Virus record (IMG/VR): IMGVR_UViG_3300031998_000004
Origin: a virus
Lineage: Duplodnaviria > Caudoviricetes
Length of the DNA: 64,000 nucleotides
Direction: 5' to 3' (one strand)
Positions within the stretch are counted from its first letter, which is position 1. Every line of letters starts with the position of its first letter. The position numbers and the translations under genes were made by a program. Under the pieces are notes generated by a model that had not been told where the DNA came from, did no database searches, and saw nothing but the letters and a program-made list of their open reading frames with translations. This document shows, one piece after another, positions 30,141 through 38,610 of this stretch.

Positions 30141-31379
30141 ATGAAAACTGTATGTAACATATTTAGACCTTTATTAAACGACACAGGCAATTTTCTTCTT
30201 TTTTCACAATATACGGACGACGTATCTAGATCTTTAGTAGAATCCGGATATGATATCAATCCATCACGATTTGTCTGCTTAAATTTGACTTCTGATGAAA
30301 TTGATAATCTTGAACACGTCGGTTTAGTAAATCCTGATATGAGTCAAACAAATAGCGAACTACCCAGATTCTTTCAAAACGTATTTGAAAACGGAATAAC
30401 AGCTACTCGAAATGGAATATGTGAGAATATTTCATTAAACGGGCATAATTTCTCCGTGGCATTTATGGGATGTATGTTGAATCTGTTTAATGAAATGGAG
30501 AAATTTAAATCCAGTATTGTATTTGATTCTGATATAGAATTATTTTCGTGGGAAGGCGGATTTTCGGATATTATACTCAATATTCCTTCAGGCTCGGCTA
30601 AAAAATATTATAAAACCACAGATTATTTTCCTTCCACAGCAAGCGATCCATATACATATATTAATTTTCTATCATCATACGGTGCAGGATATGAAAACCC
30701 GGGAGAATCTCCAGATTATCATATAATCGGATGGGATGAAAATGAAAGTATTCCATTAGATCAAACAGTTAATGAATTGGGATCCATATGCGTCAAATCA
30801 CCTTCTCCATATGAGTTATTTAACGAATCTGTATTTGATAAAACATTTGAATCATATAACCCAGAACCCGATCCACAGGAAAACTATTTTACTTTCAACT
30901 CAATAGTTATATTATACGACATAGTCAATAATGGTTCTGTTTTATTTAAAGATGTACCGTTGGGTATTTATTTCACTGGACTCATCGATGAACAAACACA
31001 TGATATATTAAATCCAGTTACTATATATACAAGCAATCCCGAATCTTATGGAGCTGGGTCAGGTTGGTCATTAAGAATATGTACTAGATTTGCTCCTACC
31101 CCTCATGGGTATATTAAAGTGGAAGATGTTGCAATAGAATCCGATGCTCTCGGAGAAACGATGTCTTCTTTGATGGCAGCTAATGCTGAATTATTAAAGA
31201 ATATTAATGAGATGTCTCAAAAGTCGTGGGTGGATTCTCAATCATATAGAAACCTACTTGCTATGTTTAAGAATGGTCGCGTAAACGTACCATATCCACA
31301 AAAAGTAAATGGTATTGATTACTGGTTTATTAACGGACGAAATACCGAGATGCCGGTTTATCCGCCGGAAAGCGAATAA
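30141..31379 (+). CDS. Hypothetical (probably structural) protein
   Basis: 412-aa ORF preceded by TTATTATTTA motif. Confidence 0.7.
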   Translation: MKTVCNIFRPLLNDTGNFLLFSQYTDDVSRSLVESGYDINPSRFVCLNLTSDEIDNLEHVGLVNPDMSQTNSELPRFFQNVFENGITATRNGICENISLNGHNFSVAFMGCMLNLFNEMEKFKSSIVFDSDIELFSWEGGFSDIILNIPSGSAKKYYKTTDYFPSTASDPYTYINFLSSYGAGYENPGESPDYHIIGWDENESIPLDQTVNELGSICVKSPSPYELFNESVFDKTFESYNPEPDPQENYFTFNSIVILYDIVNNGSVLFKDVPLGIYFTGLIDEQTHDILNPVTIYTSNPESYGAGSGWSLRICTRFAPTPHGYIKVEDVAIESDALGETMSSLMAANAELLKNINEMSQKSWVDSQSYRNLLAMFKNGRVNVPYPQKVNGIDYWFINGRNTEMPVYPPESE

Positions 31380-31389
31380 ATATCAAAAT

Positions 31390-31417
31390 AAAAGGAACTC
31401 AAACGAGTTCCTTTTTT
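31390..31417. terminator. Bidirectional terminator ending the Met/Arg tRNA array
   Basis: AAAAGGAACTC-AAAC-GAGTTCCTTTT. Confidence 0.8.
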
Positions 31418-31424
31418 AGTAGTC

Positions 31425-31516
31425 CGCGAGTGTTAGATTGGATACCAACTGTCTCTTATTTGGAAAGTCTCAATAAATGGATTGTTTCGGATAAGCGTGA
31501 AATGTCACCCTCTCGC
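31425..31516 (-). ncRNA. tRNA-like RNA with extended anticodon arm
   Basis: GCGAG/CTCGC acceptor, GTGA/TCAC D-stem, CTTAT/ATAAG stem with 31-nt insert, GTTGG-TATCCAAT-CTAAC T-like arm. Confidence 0.5.
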
Positions 31517-31546
31517 CCTACCATTATAATATCAATATCATTTTTG

Positions 31547-31617
31547 TACCCTCAAGAGGATTTGAACCCCTACAATTTCTTTAGAAGAGAAATGTGCATC
31601 CATTACACCATGAGGGC
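31547..31617 (-). tRNA. tRNA-Arg(TCT)
   Basis: Cloverleaf; TTTCT-CT TCT AA-AGAAA. Confidence 0.9.
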
Positions 31618-31810
31618 GTGATGGGTACTTTTAAGAAACTCTAACTACTAGTGCACCCTCGCTAGAGAAGAACCGGAGACGTACCCTGCCTTTGTCCGAT
31701 TGCACACACCTTTTTTGTTTTGTAGCGGCGGCAGCTGCGACTGTAAAAATAGACTGTGTTCTGTCCTGTTTGAACTATTGTACCGATTTGCAGGTAAGTC
31801 TCAGTCTACT

Positions 31811-31904
31811 TGGTAGCGGCGGCAGGATTCGAACCTACGGGGGACTTATTGACAATGCCAGAGGGTTATGAGCCCTCGCTGTGGACCACTTCAGGTACGC
31901 CGCG
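31811..31904 (-). tRNA. tRNA-Met(CAT), initiator-like, with 22-nt variable region
   Basis: C1 mismatch, GGG/CCC anticodon stem, encoded CCA. Confidence 0.85.
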
Positions 31905-31912
31905 ATGTTTAG

Positions 31913-31987
31913 TAGCGGGAGTGGGATTTGAACCGCACGACCTCAAGGTTATGAGCCTTGCAAGCTACCTGACTGCTCTATCCCGCA
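31913..31987 (-). tRNA. tRNA-Met(CAT), initiator-like
   Basis: 1:72 mismatch; CAAGG-CT CAT AA-CCTTG. Confidence 0.9.
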
Positions 31988-31999
31988 ATTTTCTGGTTG

Positions 32000-32074
32000 T
32001 ACCGATAGGTAGACTCGAACTACCAACGACGGTCTTATGAGAACCGCGCTCTTATCCAGTTGAGCTATATCGGC
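32000..32074 (-). tRNA. tRNA-Met/Ile2(CAT)
   Basis: Cloverleaf, G1:U72 paired, anticodon CAT; elongator Met vs lysidine-Ile not resolved. Confidence 0.88.
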
Positions 32075-32082
32075 ATATGAAA

Positions 32083-32198
32083 AAGAATAGTGTTTTCTCC
32101 TTTATCTTATCACAACGCTATCTCAAGCGAACTATCCCTGATCAGTCTGACTCCTTGCTGTGTCGGGAGGTGGTTGTCGATCCACCATCTCTATTCTT
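32083..32198 (-). ncRNA. Unassigned multibranch structured RNA
   Basis: AAGAATAG/CTATTCTT closing helix enclosing GGTGG/CCACC, GAC/GTC and CGCT/AGCG hairpins. Confidence 0.4.
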
Positions 32199-32206
32199 AA
32201 TCGGTT

Positions 32207-32464
32207 TTATTCGTTCTTTGGAGCTCCAGAATCTACATTTTCTGTATCTTTGGCTTCTTCGTTGACCTTAACCTGAGCTTCCTTGAAAGCCTTCATCACA
32301 GCCGCACTCCTGGTATCCATCTTATAGTGCTGGATGACCTTTCCGTCTGGAGTAATCTGAATGTGGTCCTTCTGCATACCGCGGTGACGAATTTTGTTAA
32401 TCCTGTGACTCCTGGAATCTTTTGTTCCCTGTGTCTTTGCGACACTTCTTTTGCTTGCGTACAT
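32207..32464 (-). CDS. Hypothetical basic protein
   Basis: ORF track. Confidence 0.65.
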   Translation of the reverse strand: MYASKRSVAKTQGTKDSRSHRINKIRHRGMQKDHIQITPDGKVIQHYKMDTRSAAVMKAFKEAQVKVNEEAKDTENVDSGAPKNE

Positions 32465-32500
32465 AATTTATAATAATTGTTGTTAAACTTTGTTCAAATA

Positions 32501-32743
32501 TTATATACTAAATGGACTCCTGATCTTTAGTTTTAACCACCGTAAAAATTTTACTTCTAACCAAAGAGGAACAAAAAGAGGTCTTAATATATTAACTAAT
32601 ATAAATGAATTGATGTCATCAGAAGGGTTATCTTCTTCAAGTATAAAAGGGTTTACGTGATTTAACTTTGCAAACCCATACATGATTGGCCCGAGTAAGA
32701 TTAACCCACCAATTACTATCAATATAATCCACCAAATACTCAT
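32501..32743 (-). CDS. Small membrane protein
   Basis: N-terminal TM helix. Confidence 0.6.
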   Translation of the reverse strand: MSIWWIILIVIGGLILLGPIMYGFAKLNHVNPFILEEDNPSDDINSFILVNILRPLFVPLWLEVKFLRWLKLKIRSPFSI

Positions 32744-32868
32744 TCTTCTTCGTTGTCTTTTTTATTGTCCTCGTCTTCTAAATCATCTATATCGTATCCT
32801 TTCAATCCGTATTGTTTTTTAATAACATCACTTTCAATATCTCTTAACCATTCTTCCGTAGATTTCAT
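32740..32868 (-). CDS. Small acidic protein missing from ORF track (42 aa, MKSTEEWLRD...)
   Basis: Manual translation; ATGA overlap with downstream gene. Confidence 0.55.
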   Translation of the reverse strand: MKSTEEWLRDIESDVIKKQYGLKGYDIDDLEDEDNKKDNEEE

Positions 32869-32869
32869 A

Positions 32870-33205
32870 CTAAAATAATAACACGTCTTCTCCTCTCCAC
32901 TTACGTATTGTTCCATGTAAGTCCTGAGTCCTACATATCTCCATATACATCTCTTCAGTGTCTCCTTTGACGTATTCGTATGGCTCTACATCCTGTATAA
33001 GTTTTGGATTAAGAGTCTTTCCTGTTTTCTTATGAAAGTACTCCGCTTGCGTTGGTGTTACATTCTGAAAAGTACATACAGCCCAAAGAAACCAATCAAG
33101 GTCACGATCGATGACCTCTTCCATGGTCATACCTTTCTTTTTAGTATACCACCAACGTACTATTGGCCATTCACCAAATCTATTCTTGTCTATTTTGTGT
33201 CTCAC
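32870..33205 (-). CDS. DUF3820-like protein
   Basis: FG...KG.T.EEV...D.DW..W pattern. Confidence 0.5.
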   Translation of the reverse strand: MRHKIDKNRFGEWPIVRWWYTKKKGMTMEEVIDRDLDWFLWAVCTFQNVTPTQAEYFHKKTGKTLNPKLIQDVEPYEYVKGDTEEMYMEICRTQDLHGTIRKWRGEDVLLF

Positions 33206-33605
33206 TTGTATTAAAATTAGCAGCCCATTTTAAGGTTTCATCGTCAAGTTTTATAATAGTTGCATATCTAAAATCTTCATCAAAAACACCATATCCTATA
33301 CGATCACCTTCATATAAATATATTACCATCACATCAGTAACCATATGATAATTATATCGTTCTCCATCAGATTCTATCCAATATGTAACTATATTTCCAG
33401 CAGATTCAAAAGATATAATTTTGATATGTACAAAAGATACATCACTATCCAATAAATATCCCCTATCAGATTCATCGATAAAGTAACCTATAGGTTTTAC
33501 TATTTCGACATTCTTGTTGATAAGTTTATAATTAACTTCTGGTTCCTGTGCTGCTGCCAAAAAACCAAACATACAAAAGATAAGCGTAATAATAAATTTC
33601 TTCAT
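33180..33605 (-). CDS. Secreted protein with signal peptide
   Basis: MKKFIITLIFCMFGFLAAAQ (Bacteroidota-type signal, Gln after cleavage). Confidence 0.7.
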   Translation of the reverse strand: MKKFIITLIFCMFGFLAAAQEPEVNYKLINKNVEIVKPIGYFIDESDRGYLLDSDVSFVHIKIISFESAGNIVTYWIESDGERYNYHMVTDVMVIYLYEGDRIGYGVFDEDFRYATIIKLDDETLKWAANFNTSETQNRQE

Positions 33606-33665
33606 ATTGTAATATATTAAAAAAGGAGCCTTTATCAAGCTCCTTTTCTTTGTTTGTTTAATTCA

Positions 33666-35306
33666 TTAATAGTCCCAAACATGATAGTCAGTACCACTTA
33701 ATGTCCATCCAGAAACGAGAGCATTGAAGTTAACCACATCACCATCGAATCTAAAGTTGTAGATATACTTATTACTTGCTCCCCAAGATGCTACGTAGTC
33801 AGCATCCTGATCAGCATCCTTACCAGTATTGATTGTTCTAGTGATTTTACGATCGGTAAATACCACATCATCACCACTAGGGTTAGCAATGCAGATATCG
33901 AACACAACAGTGATATTCTGAGGAACCGGCTGGGGGATTACAAGAGAGTTACCAAGTACCACGTGGTCTCCAGTGAAGAGTGTGTCGGTCTGTGCACTTA
34001 CGTAATTGAGAGTAGTGTCTTTCTGTGTACCATACATGGCAGCAGGAGTATCAGTAAGAAGACTTGCAGTAGGAAGACGAAACCATCCATCTACATAAAC
34101 ACCTTCTGAACCGCTTGCGGGCACTGCAGGAACCGCAGCTACACCAGGAACCGCATCGTGATGTTCAATAGTGTGTTGAGGAGCAGCGTTACTATCCCAA
34201 CAGTTAAGACCAACTACTGTATAAGCAGCGCCATTTACAAATGCATCAATAAGAACATAGTCCCAAACATCTGGTTTACCACCACTGTTTGCGGGTTGAA
34301 TGTCATAGCCATTATCCTGAAGATACTTCCATCCATTGAAGAAATGCATAATTTCTCCACCAGTCATCTCAACAGCAAGGTCATACTCGGCTGGGATCGC
34401 CTTGTCTGTTTTTCTGAGTTGTTTGATAACATTGCTAGCCCATACTGTGTTACCCATATGGAGGTCATAGTCACCAGCAGCTCCATTATCAACTGTATAG
34501 TAAGACTTAATCTCTGCAACAAGAGCATCTGGGAGTGGTGCGGCGTTTGTGTAAGCACCCCAAGTATCTCCTTCTTTTACTCTTAATTTAGTTGCTGATG
34601 CAACAGCACTATAGGTCTTCTTAAGGTTTACCCAAGTATCAGTAGTGTCGTCATATGCAGGAACCTCAGGAACTGCAGCAACACCGGGGATAGAATCGCG
34701 ATATTCACCGAAACTGATCTGCTTTACTCGCACCCACTTGATATTAGGATTGATAACCTCACCACGGAACTGAAGCCATGAGAGAGCGTGTCTGAATGTG
34801 AGTTCTACACGTTCGTGCTCTGCACCAACAGCACCATTCTGATGATGATTGTAAGCGGTCTGTGCCCAAAGAACATCATCAAACCCATCGGGATCATCAA
34901 TAAGACTCTGTGTAAGAGCAGGGATATTTAATTTTAATGTATCGTTAACCCACTCAACAGTGTTGTCATACTGTGAGTATGCAGTAAATATAAAGTCGAT
35001 ACCTGTATAGTTATCGGACTTAGGCCAGTAGTAAGGACCACCGACGGCATTACCATCTTTATCATATTCTGCGTTCTTCATAAGATAACCACCGTTCACT
35101 GAAAACTCTCCAGGAACTACATAACCATAAACACCAAAATTGTCCTCCATTGCTGTGGTGTCTACAATAGCTTTAGTAGCAACAGAGGTGCCTGTGTTGA
35201 AGGTAATCTCTGATCTACCGAAGTTTCCGATTGTCATATCTTCCACCTTTGCACATCCGGCAAGGAGAAGCATAGCTGTAAATAAAATTGCAAAAAACTT
35301 TTTCAT
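33666..35306 (-). CDS. Fimbrillin family (type V pilin, Mfa-like) lipoprotein
   Basis: Lipobox LLLAGC, ATKA processing site, YYWP, LTFRHALS, C-terminal KYIYNF..V.GW. Confidence 0.85.
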   Translation of the reverse strand: MKKFFAILFTAMLLLAGCAKVEDMTIGNFGRSEITFNTGTSVATKAIVDTTAMEDNFGVYGYVVPGEFSVNGGYLMKNAEYDKDGNAVGGPYYWPKSDNYTGIDFIFTAYSQYDNTVEWVNDTLKLNIPALTQSLIDDPDGFDDVLWAQTAYNHHQNGAVGAEHERVELTFRHALSWLQFRGEVINPNIKWVRVKQISFGEYRDSIPGVAAVPEVPAYDDTTDTWVNLKKTYSAVASATKLRVKEGDTWGAYTNAAPLPDALVAEIKSYYTVDNGAAGDYDLHMGNTVWASNVIKQLRKTDKAIPAEYDLAVEMTGGEIMHFFNGWKYLQDNGYDIQPANSGGKPDVWDYVLIDAFVNGAAYTVVGLNCWDSNAAPQHTIEHHDAVPGVAAVPAVPASGSEGVYVDGWFRLPTASLLTDTPAAMYGTQKDTTLNYVSAQTDTLFTGDHVVLGNSLVIPQPVPQNITVVFDICIANPSGDDVVFTDRKITRTINTGKDADQDADYVASWGASNKYIYNFRFDGDVVNFNALVSGWTLSGTDYHVWDY

Positions 35307-35336
35307 ACGTAAATTTCTATTCTAATAATTTTTTCA

Positions 35337-36413
35337 TCAAAATACATCATAAGTGTGTTGTTTCCATTCGTTCAAGTCAATCCCGAATGTATTATCTCCT
35401 ACAGGCGTTTCTTTTTTTAATTCGGAGTTAAGAATGATTACTGTTATGACTCCACCTTTAGGATTTTCTTGTAACTGTTTCGTAATGTCTTTTGTACCAG
35501 TGACTTCTCCGTAATTATAAGTATCAACATCTATGTTGGTGTAATAAAGATAGTCAATCTGGGATGTCCAAGAGCTATTAATATCATCAGGCAACAGGTC
35601 CAAAATTGTAACTCGACTAGCAAACACAAGACTATCTGGTGTATGGAACTGCCCTGGTTTAATATCAAAAGTTGATATCTGTTTATTACCTGTCCAGACT
35701 GGGGTGTTTGTGAACATATTCTTTTTTGTTGATATTCCACTCACTGTGAAGTTTACTATGTCTCGAGCCTCAATCAGAGGACTATGATCGTCGTTAACTA
35801 CAATGAACTGAATGACATATATGTATGATACGGGTTCGAGCATTTCATCAATATTATACACATACACGAGTTTTCCATTCTCAATAACCTCTTCAAAATC
35901 TGAGATGTCATTTGAGAGATATATCTCACGTTTATTCATTGCGAACACCTCACCTGGTTGATTCACTGTCTCATACTCATTACTAATAGGATTTCTTGCC
36001 CGTGTGCTCTTTGTAGAAGGAGTTTCCACATAGTATCGCCCACCTTCGTAATAAGTCTCTGTCCAAGGATTATCTTTACTATATATCAACAAGTCATATG
36101 TGTTATTCAATTCAACATCAATGAGTTCCCTCTTTCCTGTCTGTACTCGAGTCTCGGATAAAATCTTTCCCTGATTGAAAATCACAACGTTACATGTTGT
36201 TGGAAGAGTATAAAAGAGTGGTCCATAAAGGTCTTCATCCCAGTTATACTTAAGGGTATCTTGCCATCCTTCCTTCCACATAGCATTGATGTTTGCTTGT
36301 ACCTGTACGTTAATCTTCAATGCAGTGTCTCCTTGGAGGTAGAGAGGTTTGCGCTCACACCCTATGAGTATACTCATTAATAACATTAATCCCAATACAA
36401 CTTTCTTCCACAT
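35337..36413 (-). CDS. DUF5119-like fimbrial accessory lipoprotein
   Basis: Lipobox ILIGC-ERKPL; DIT.QL...GG; FGID...W. Confidence 0.75.
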   Translation of the reverse strand: MWKKVVLGLMLLMSILIGCERKPLYLQGDTALKINVQVQANINAMWKEGWQDTLKYNWDEDLYGPLFYTLPTTCNVVIFNQGKILSETRVQTGKRELIDVELNNTYDLLIYSKDNPWTETYYEGGRYYVETPSTKSTRARNPISNEYETVNQPGEVFAMNKREIYLSNDISDFEEVIENGKLVYVYNIDEMLEPVSYIYVIQFIVVNDDHSPLIEARDIVNFTVSGISTKKNMFTNTPVWTGNKQISTFDIKPGQFHTPDSLVFASRVTILDLLPDDINSSWTSQIDYLYYTNIDVDTYNYGEVTGTKDITKQLQENPKGGVITVIILNSELKKETPVGDNTFGIDLNEWKQHTYDVF

Positions 36414-37624
36414 ATCAAATCAAATGTTAAATTAAATCCAACTTCGGTTGGACCAAAATAGTTCATATTAAATCGTCTTGGAACAAAGTCACTAGCTCGT
36501 AAGTACCAGTTATAATAGTATTTAGTATCCCATGGCTGAGAGGCGTGATAGGCATCAAACCTCGTATTAAACCATCCAATCCGACCATACAACTCAAACT
36601 TCCATCTCGGGTGTTTCTTACATTGGAATACATATCCGTATCCCAATCCACATCCATATACTTCTCCTTGATATCCCAGGTCTTTGTTCCAAGCGCAGAA
36701 GTCATAGATAGCGGTATTTGCATAAACTCCAATCCAATGCCCTGTGTACTTGTTATTAAGATATTTTCGGATACCCGCGATTCCATTCAAGAGTTGATAG
36801 TAGAAGTAACTGTCATAATCCTTATGCCACCAAGGGAACGTATAATCAAACTCAAGACTCAACCCCCACAGGTGTGTGTAGAGTTCTGCTTGGACGTTTG
36901 GTGTGATTGCAAGATCGCTCAAAAGATTCGTTTTAACAGCGAGTATTGGGATAACCTTAAGGTTTGGTCGAATTAGGATTGTATCGCGAAAATAGATAGG
37001 TTTTTGGATGAATATAGTATCGTGTTTGAGCTCGGTTAAGATTATAGTGTCTCTTTCGATTTCTTTCATCACTTCCTTTATCACTACCGTGTCTCTTTCA
37101 ATCTCTTTTATGACTTGTGGATATAAGAAATACACCTTAATATCAATTCTTCTGAGTCGTGGGAAGTACTTTTGATTAAGCTCTTTCCAATAGCCAGACC
37201 GAATAAGATCGTGTTTGACATCGTTGCTTGTAGAGAGAATCTTTAAGATTTTACCCTTCCAAGGTTCATTACTCGCTTCAATCAACTTATACAGCCCATC
37301 ATAGTCTTCCGATATAGTTATCTCGTCATCAAGATTCAATATATCACGAACCGCATCAACACGTCCTTGAGCGAGTGCTCGGTTGCCTGAATAAGTACCT
37401 TCTGGTGAAGCAGTACCTGTGATTTTAATATATTTGATGTCGTCTTGATGTTCTTGGATGAACGGGAGTTGACTATTGACGAACTCTTGATAGTTTTCAT
37501 CCTGGATGAACTCTGTAGTGTTGACTTTGAAGTAAAGTGTTGATGTCACTACGGTATCCCGTTGTTGGCTGTATCCGAGCCAACACATACAAAGTAAGGA
37601 CAATATGAGTAGAAGTCTGCGCAT
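36386..37624 (-). CDS. OmpA-like plus DUF3575 outer-membrane protein (fimbrial anchor/assembly)
   Basis: G.ASPEG...N..LA..R, FPRLRR, AVKTNLL.D, YFGPT. Confidence 0.8.
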   Translation of the reverse strand: MRRLLLILSLLCMCWLGYSQQRDTVVTSTLYFKVNTTEFIQDENYQEFVNSQLPFIQEHQDDIKYIKITGTASPEGTYSGNRALAQGRVDAVRDILNLDDEITISEDYDGLYKLIEASNEPWKGKILKILSTSNDVKHDLIRSGYWKELNQKYFPRLRRIDIKVYFLYPQVIKEIERDTVVIKEVMKEIERDTIILTELKHDTIFIQKPIYFRDTILIRPNLKVIPILAVKTNLLSDLAITPNVQAELYTHLWGLSLEFDYTFPWWHKDYDSYFYYQLLNGIAGIRKYLNNKYTGHWIGVYANTAIYDFCAWNKDLGYQGEVYGCGLGYGYVFQCKKHPRWKFELYGRIGWFNTRFDAYHASQPWDTKYYYNWYLRASDFVPRRFNMNYFGPTEVGFNLTFDLICGRKLYWD

Positions 37625-37638
37625 TTATATAAAATATA

Positions 37639-37665
37639 AGGATTCTTAAATAACTTTAAGAATCC
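37639..37665 (-). terminator. Terminator at end of the 10-tRNA array
   Basis: GGATTCTTAAA..TTTAAGAATCC inverted repeat; U-tract weak. Confidence 0.55.
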
Positions 37666-37669
37666 CGCG

Positions 37670-37741
37670 AGCCCCTGAGAAGAATCGAACTCCCATTTGA
37701 TGATTACGAAACATCCGTACTAGCCGTTATACTACAAGGGC
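37670..37741 (-). tRNA. tRNA-Thr(CGT)
   Basis: Cloverleaf, anticodon CGT. Confidence 0.88.
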
Positions 37742-37744
37742 ATT

Positions 37745-37820
37745 TGGTAGCAGTGGAACGACTCGAACGTTCAACCGACAACTTCAGAGGCTGCTGCTCT
37801 ACCAATTGCGCTACACTGCT
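37745..37820 (-). tRNA. tRNA-Gln(CTG)
   Basis: Cloverleaf, anticodon CTG, encoded CCA; acceptor atypical for Gln (A1:U72, A73). Confidence 0.85.
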
Positions 37821-37825
37821 ATCTG

Positions 37826-37899
37826 AGCAATCAACCGGGATCGAACCGATGTCTTATCCATACCAAGGATATGTTCTCGACCTGCTAAACTATGACTGC
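37826..37899 (-). tRNA. tRNA-Thr(GGT)
   Basis: Cloverleaf, TATCC-TT GGT AT-GGATA. Confidence 0.9.
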
Positions 37900-37904
37900 A
37901 TAAA

Positions 37905-38000
37905 ATAGTTGGAAGAGTGTTTGCTATAGACATTGACGATATGTTCTATATAATTTGTCAAAGAGGCTCTTATCGTATATTCGTCTACTATCCTAACTAT
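37905..38000 (-). ncRNA. Unassigned rod-like structured RNA in tRNA array
   Basis: ATAGTT/AACTAT, AAGAG/CTCTT, TTTG/CAAA, TATAGA/TCTATA nested helices. Confidence 0.45.
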
Positions 38001-38003
38001 TTG

Positions 38004-38074
38004 TACCCGGTAGAAGATTCGAACTCCTATGATCAGATCCGTATTCTGAAATCCTTCCATTGAATGAACCGGGC
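38004..38074 (-). tRNA. tRNA-Arg(ACG)
   Basis: TCAGA-AT ACG GA-TCTGA. Confidence 0.9.
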
Positions 38075-38102
38075 ATTAACCTATTGATTATTAATTACTT
38101 AG

Positions 38103-38177
38103 GGAGAAAGACGGGACTCGAACCCGCATAAACTACATCCACAGTGTAGTGCCTAAACCAATTCGGCCACCTCCTCC
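38103..38177 (-). tRNA. tRNA-His(GTG)
   Basis: G-1:C73, CTACA-CT GTG GA-TGTAG. Confidence 0.9.
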
Positions 38178-38183
38178 ATGTAG

Positions 38184-38257
38184 TCGAGAGACCCAGATTC
38201 GAACTGGGATTGGATCGGTATCAGCGATCTAGCCTTGACCTGTTAGCTGATCTCTCG
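38184..38257 (-). tRNA. tRNA-Ile(GAT)
   Basis: GATCG-CT GAT AC-CGATC. Confidence 0.88.
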
Positions 38258-38263
38258 AATTTG

Positions 38264-38335
38264 CAGGAGTTACAGGACTCGAACCCATATCGTTTGATTT
38301 GGAGTCAAAAATGCTAACCATTACACCAAACTCCT
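38264..38335 (-). tRNA. tRNA-Trp(CCA)
   Basis: TTTGA-CT CCA AA-TCAAA, G73. Confidence 0.92.
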
Positions 38336-38361
38336 GTATAACCTATTGATTATCAATGTAG

Positions 38362-38433
38362 TGCAGGTAACCGGAATCGAACCGACATCTCAGGAGTGGA
38401 AGTCCTATACACTAGCCGTTGTGCTATACCTGC
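38362..38433 (-). tRNA. tRNA-Gly(TCC)
   Basis: TAGGA-CT TCC AC-TCCTG. Confidence 0.9.
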
Positions 38434-38443
38434 AATTTATTCG

Positions 38444-38515
38444 AGCAGCATACTGGTAACGCTCCAGCGTCTCGACATTGGCAATGTCGCATAATTACTT
38501 TTATACGAATGCTGC
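38444..38515 (-). tRNA. tRNA-Gly(GCC), non-canonical D/T loops
   Basis: CGACA-TT GCC AA-TGTCG; T-loop AGCGTTA; D-loop lacks GG. Confidence 0.8.
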
Positions 38516-38520
38516 TTAGG

Positions 38521-38606
38521 AGTCTGGGATAGGACTCGAACCTACGTAAGTCATTGACTATCAACGGTTTTGCAGACCGCCTCCTGACCAACTCGGACAC
38601 CCAGAC
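38521..38606 (-). tRNA. tRNA-Cys(GCA) with 18-nt variable region
   Basis: GCGGT-CT GCA AA-ACCGT, U73, variable region TGATAGTCAATGACTTAC. Confidence 0.88.
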
Positions 38607-38610
38607 ATAA

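Noticed and set aside
31623-32198. Hammerhead, hairpin or HDV-like (theta) ribozymes beside tRNAs
   Set aside because: Only partial resemblances (CTGATCA rather than CTGATGA; loop-B-like GAACA without loop A; no HDV double pseudoknot found by eye); reported as unassigned RNAs
32083-32464. Third attenuator for the Met/Arg tRNA array
   Set aside because: No Met/AGA-rich short leader or convincing terminator/antiterminator pair found
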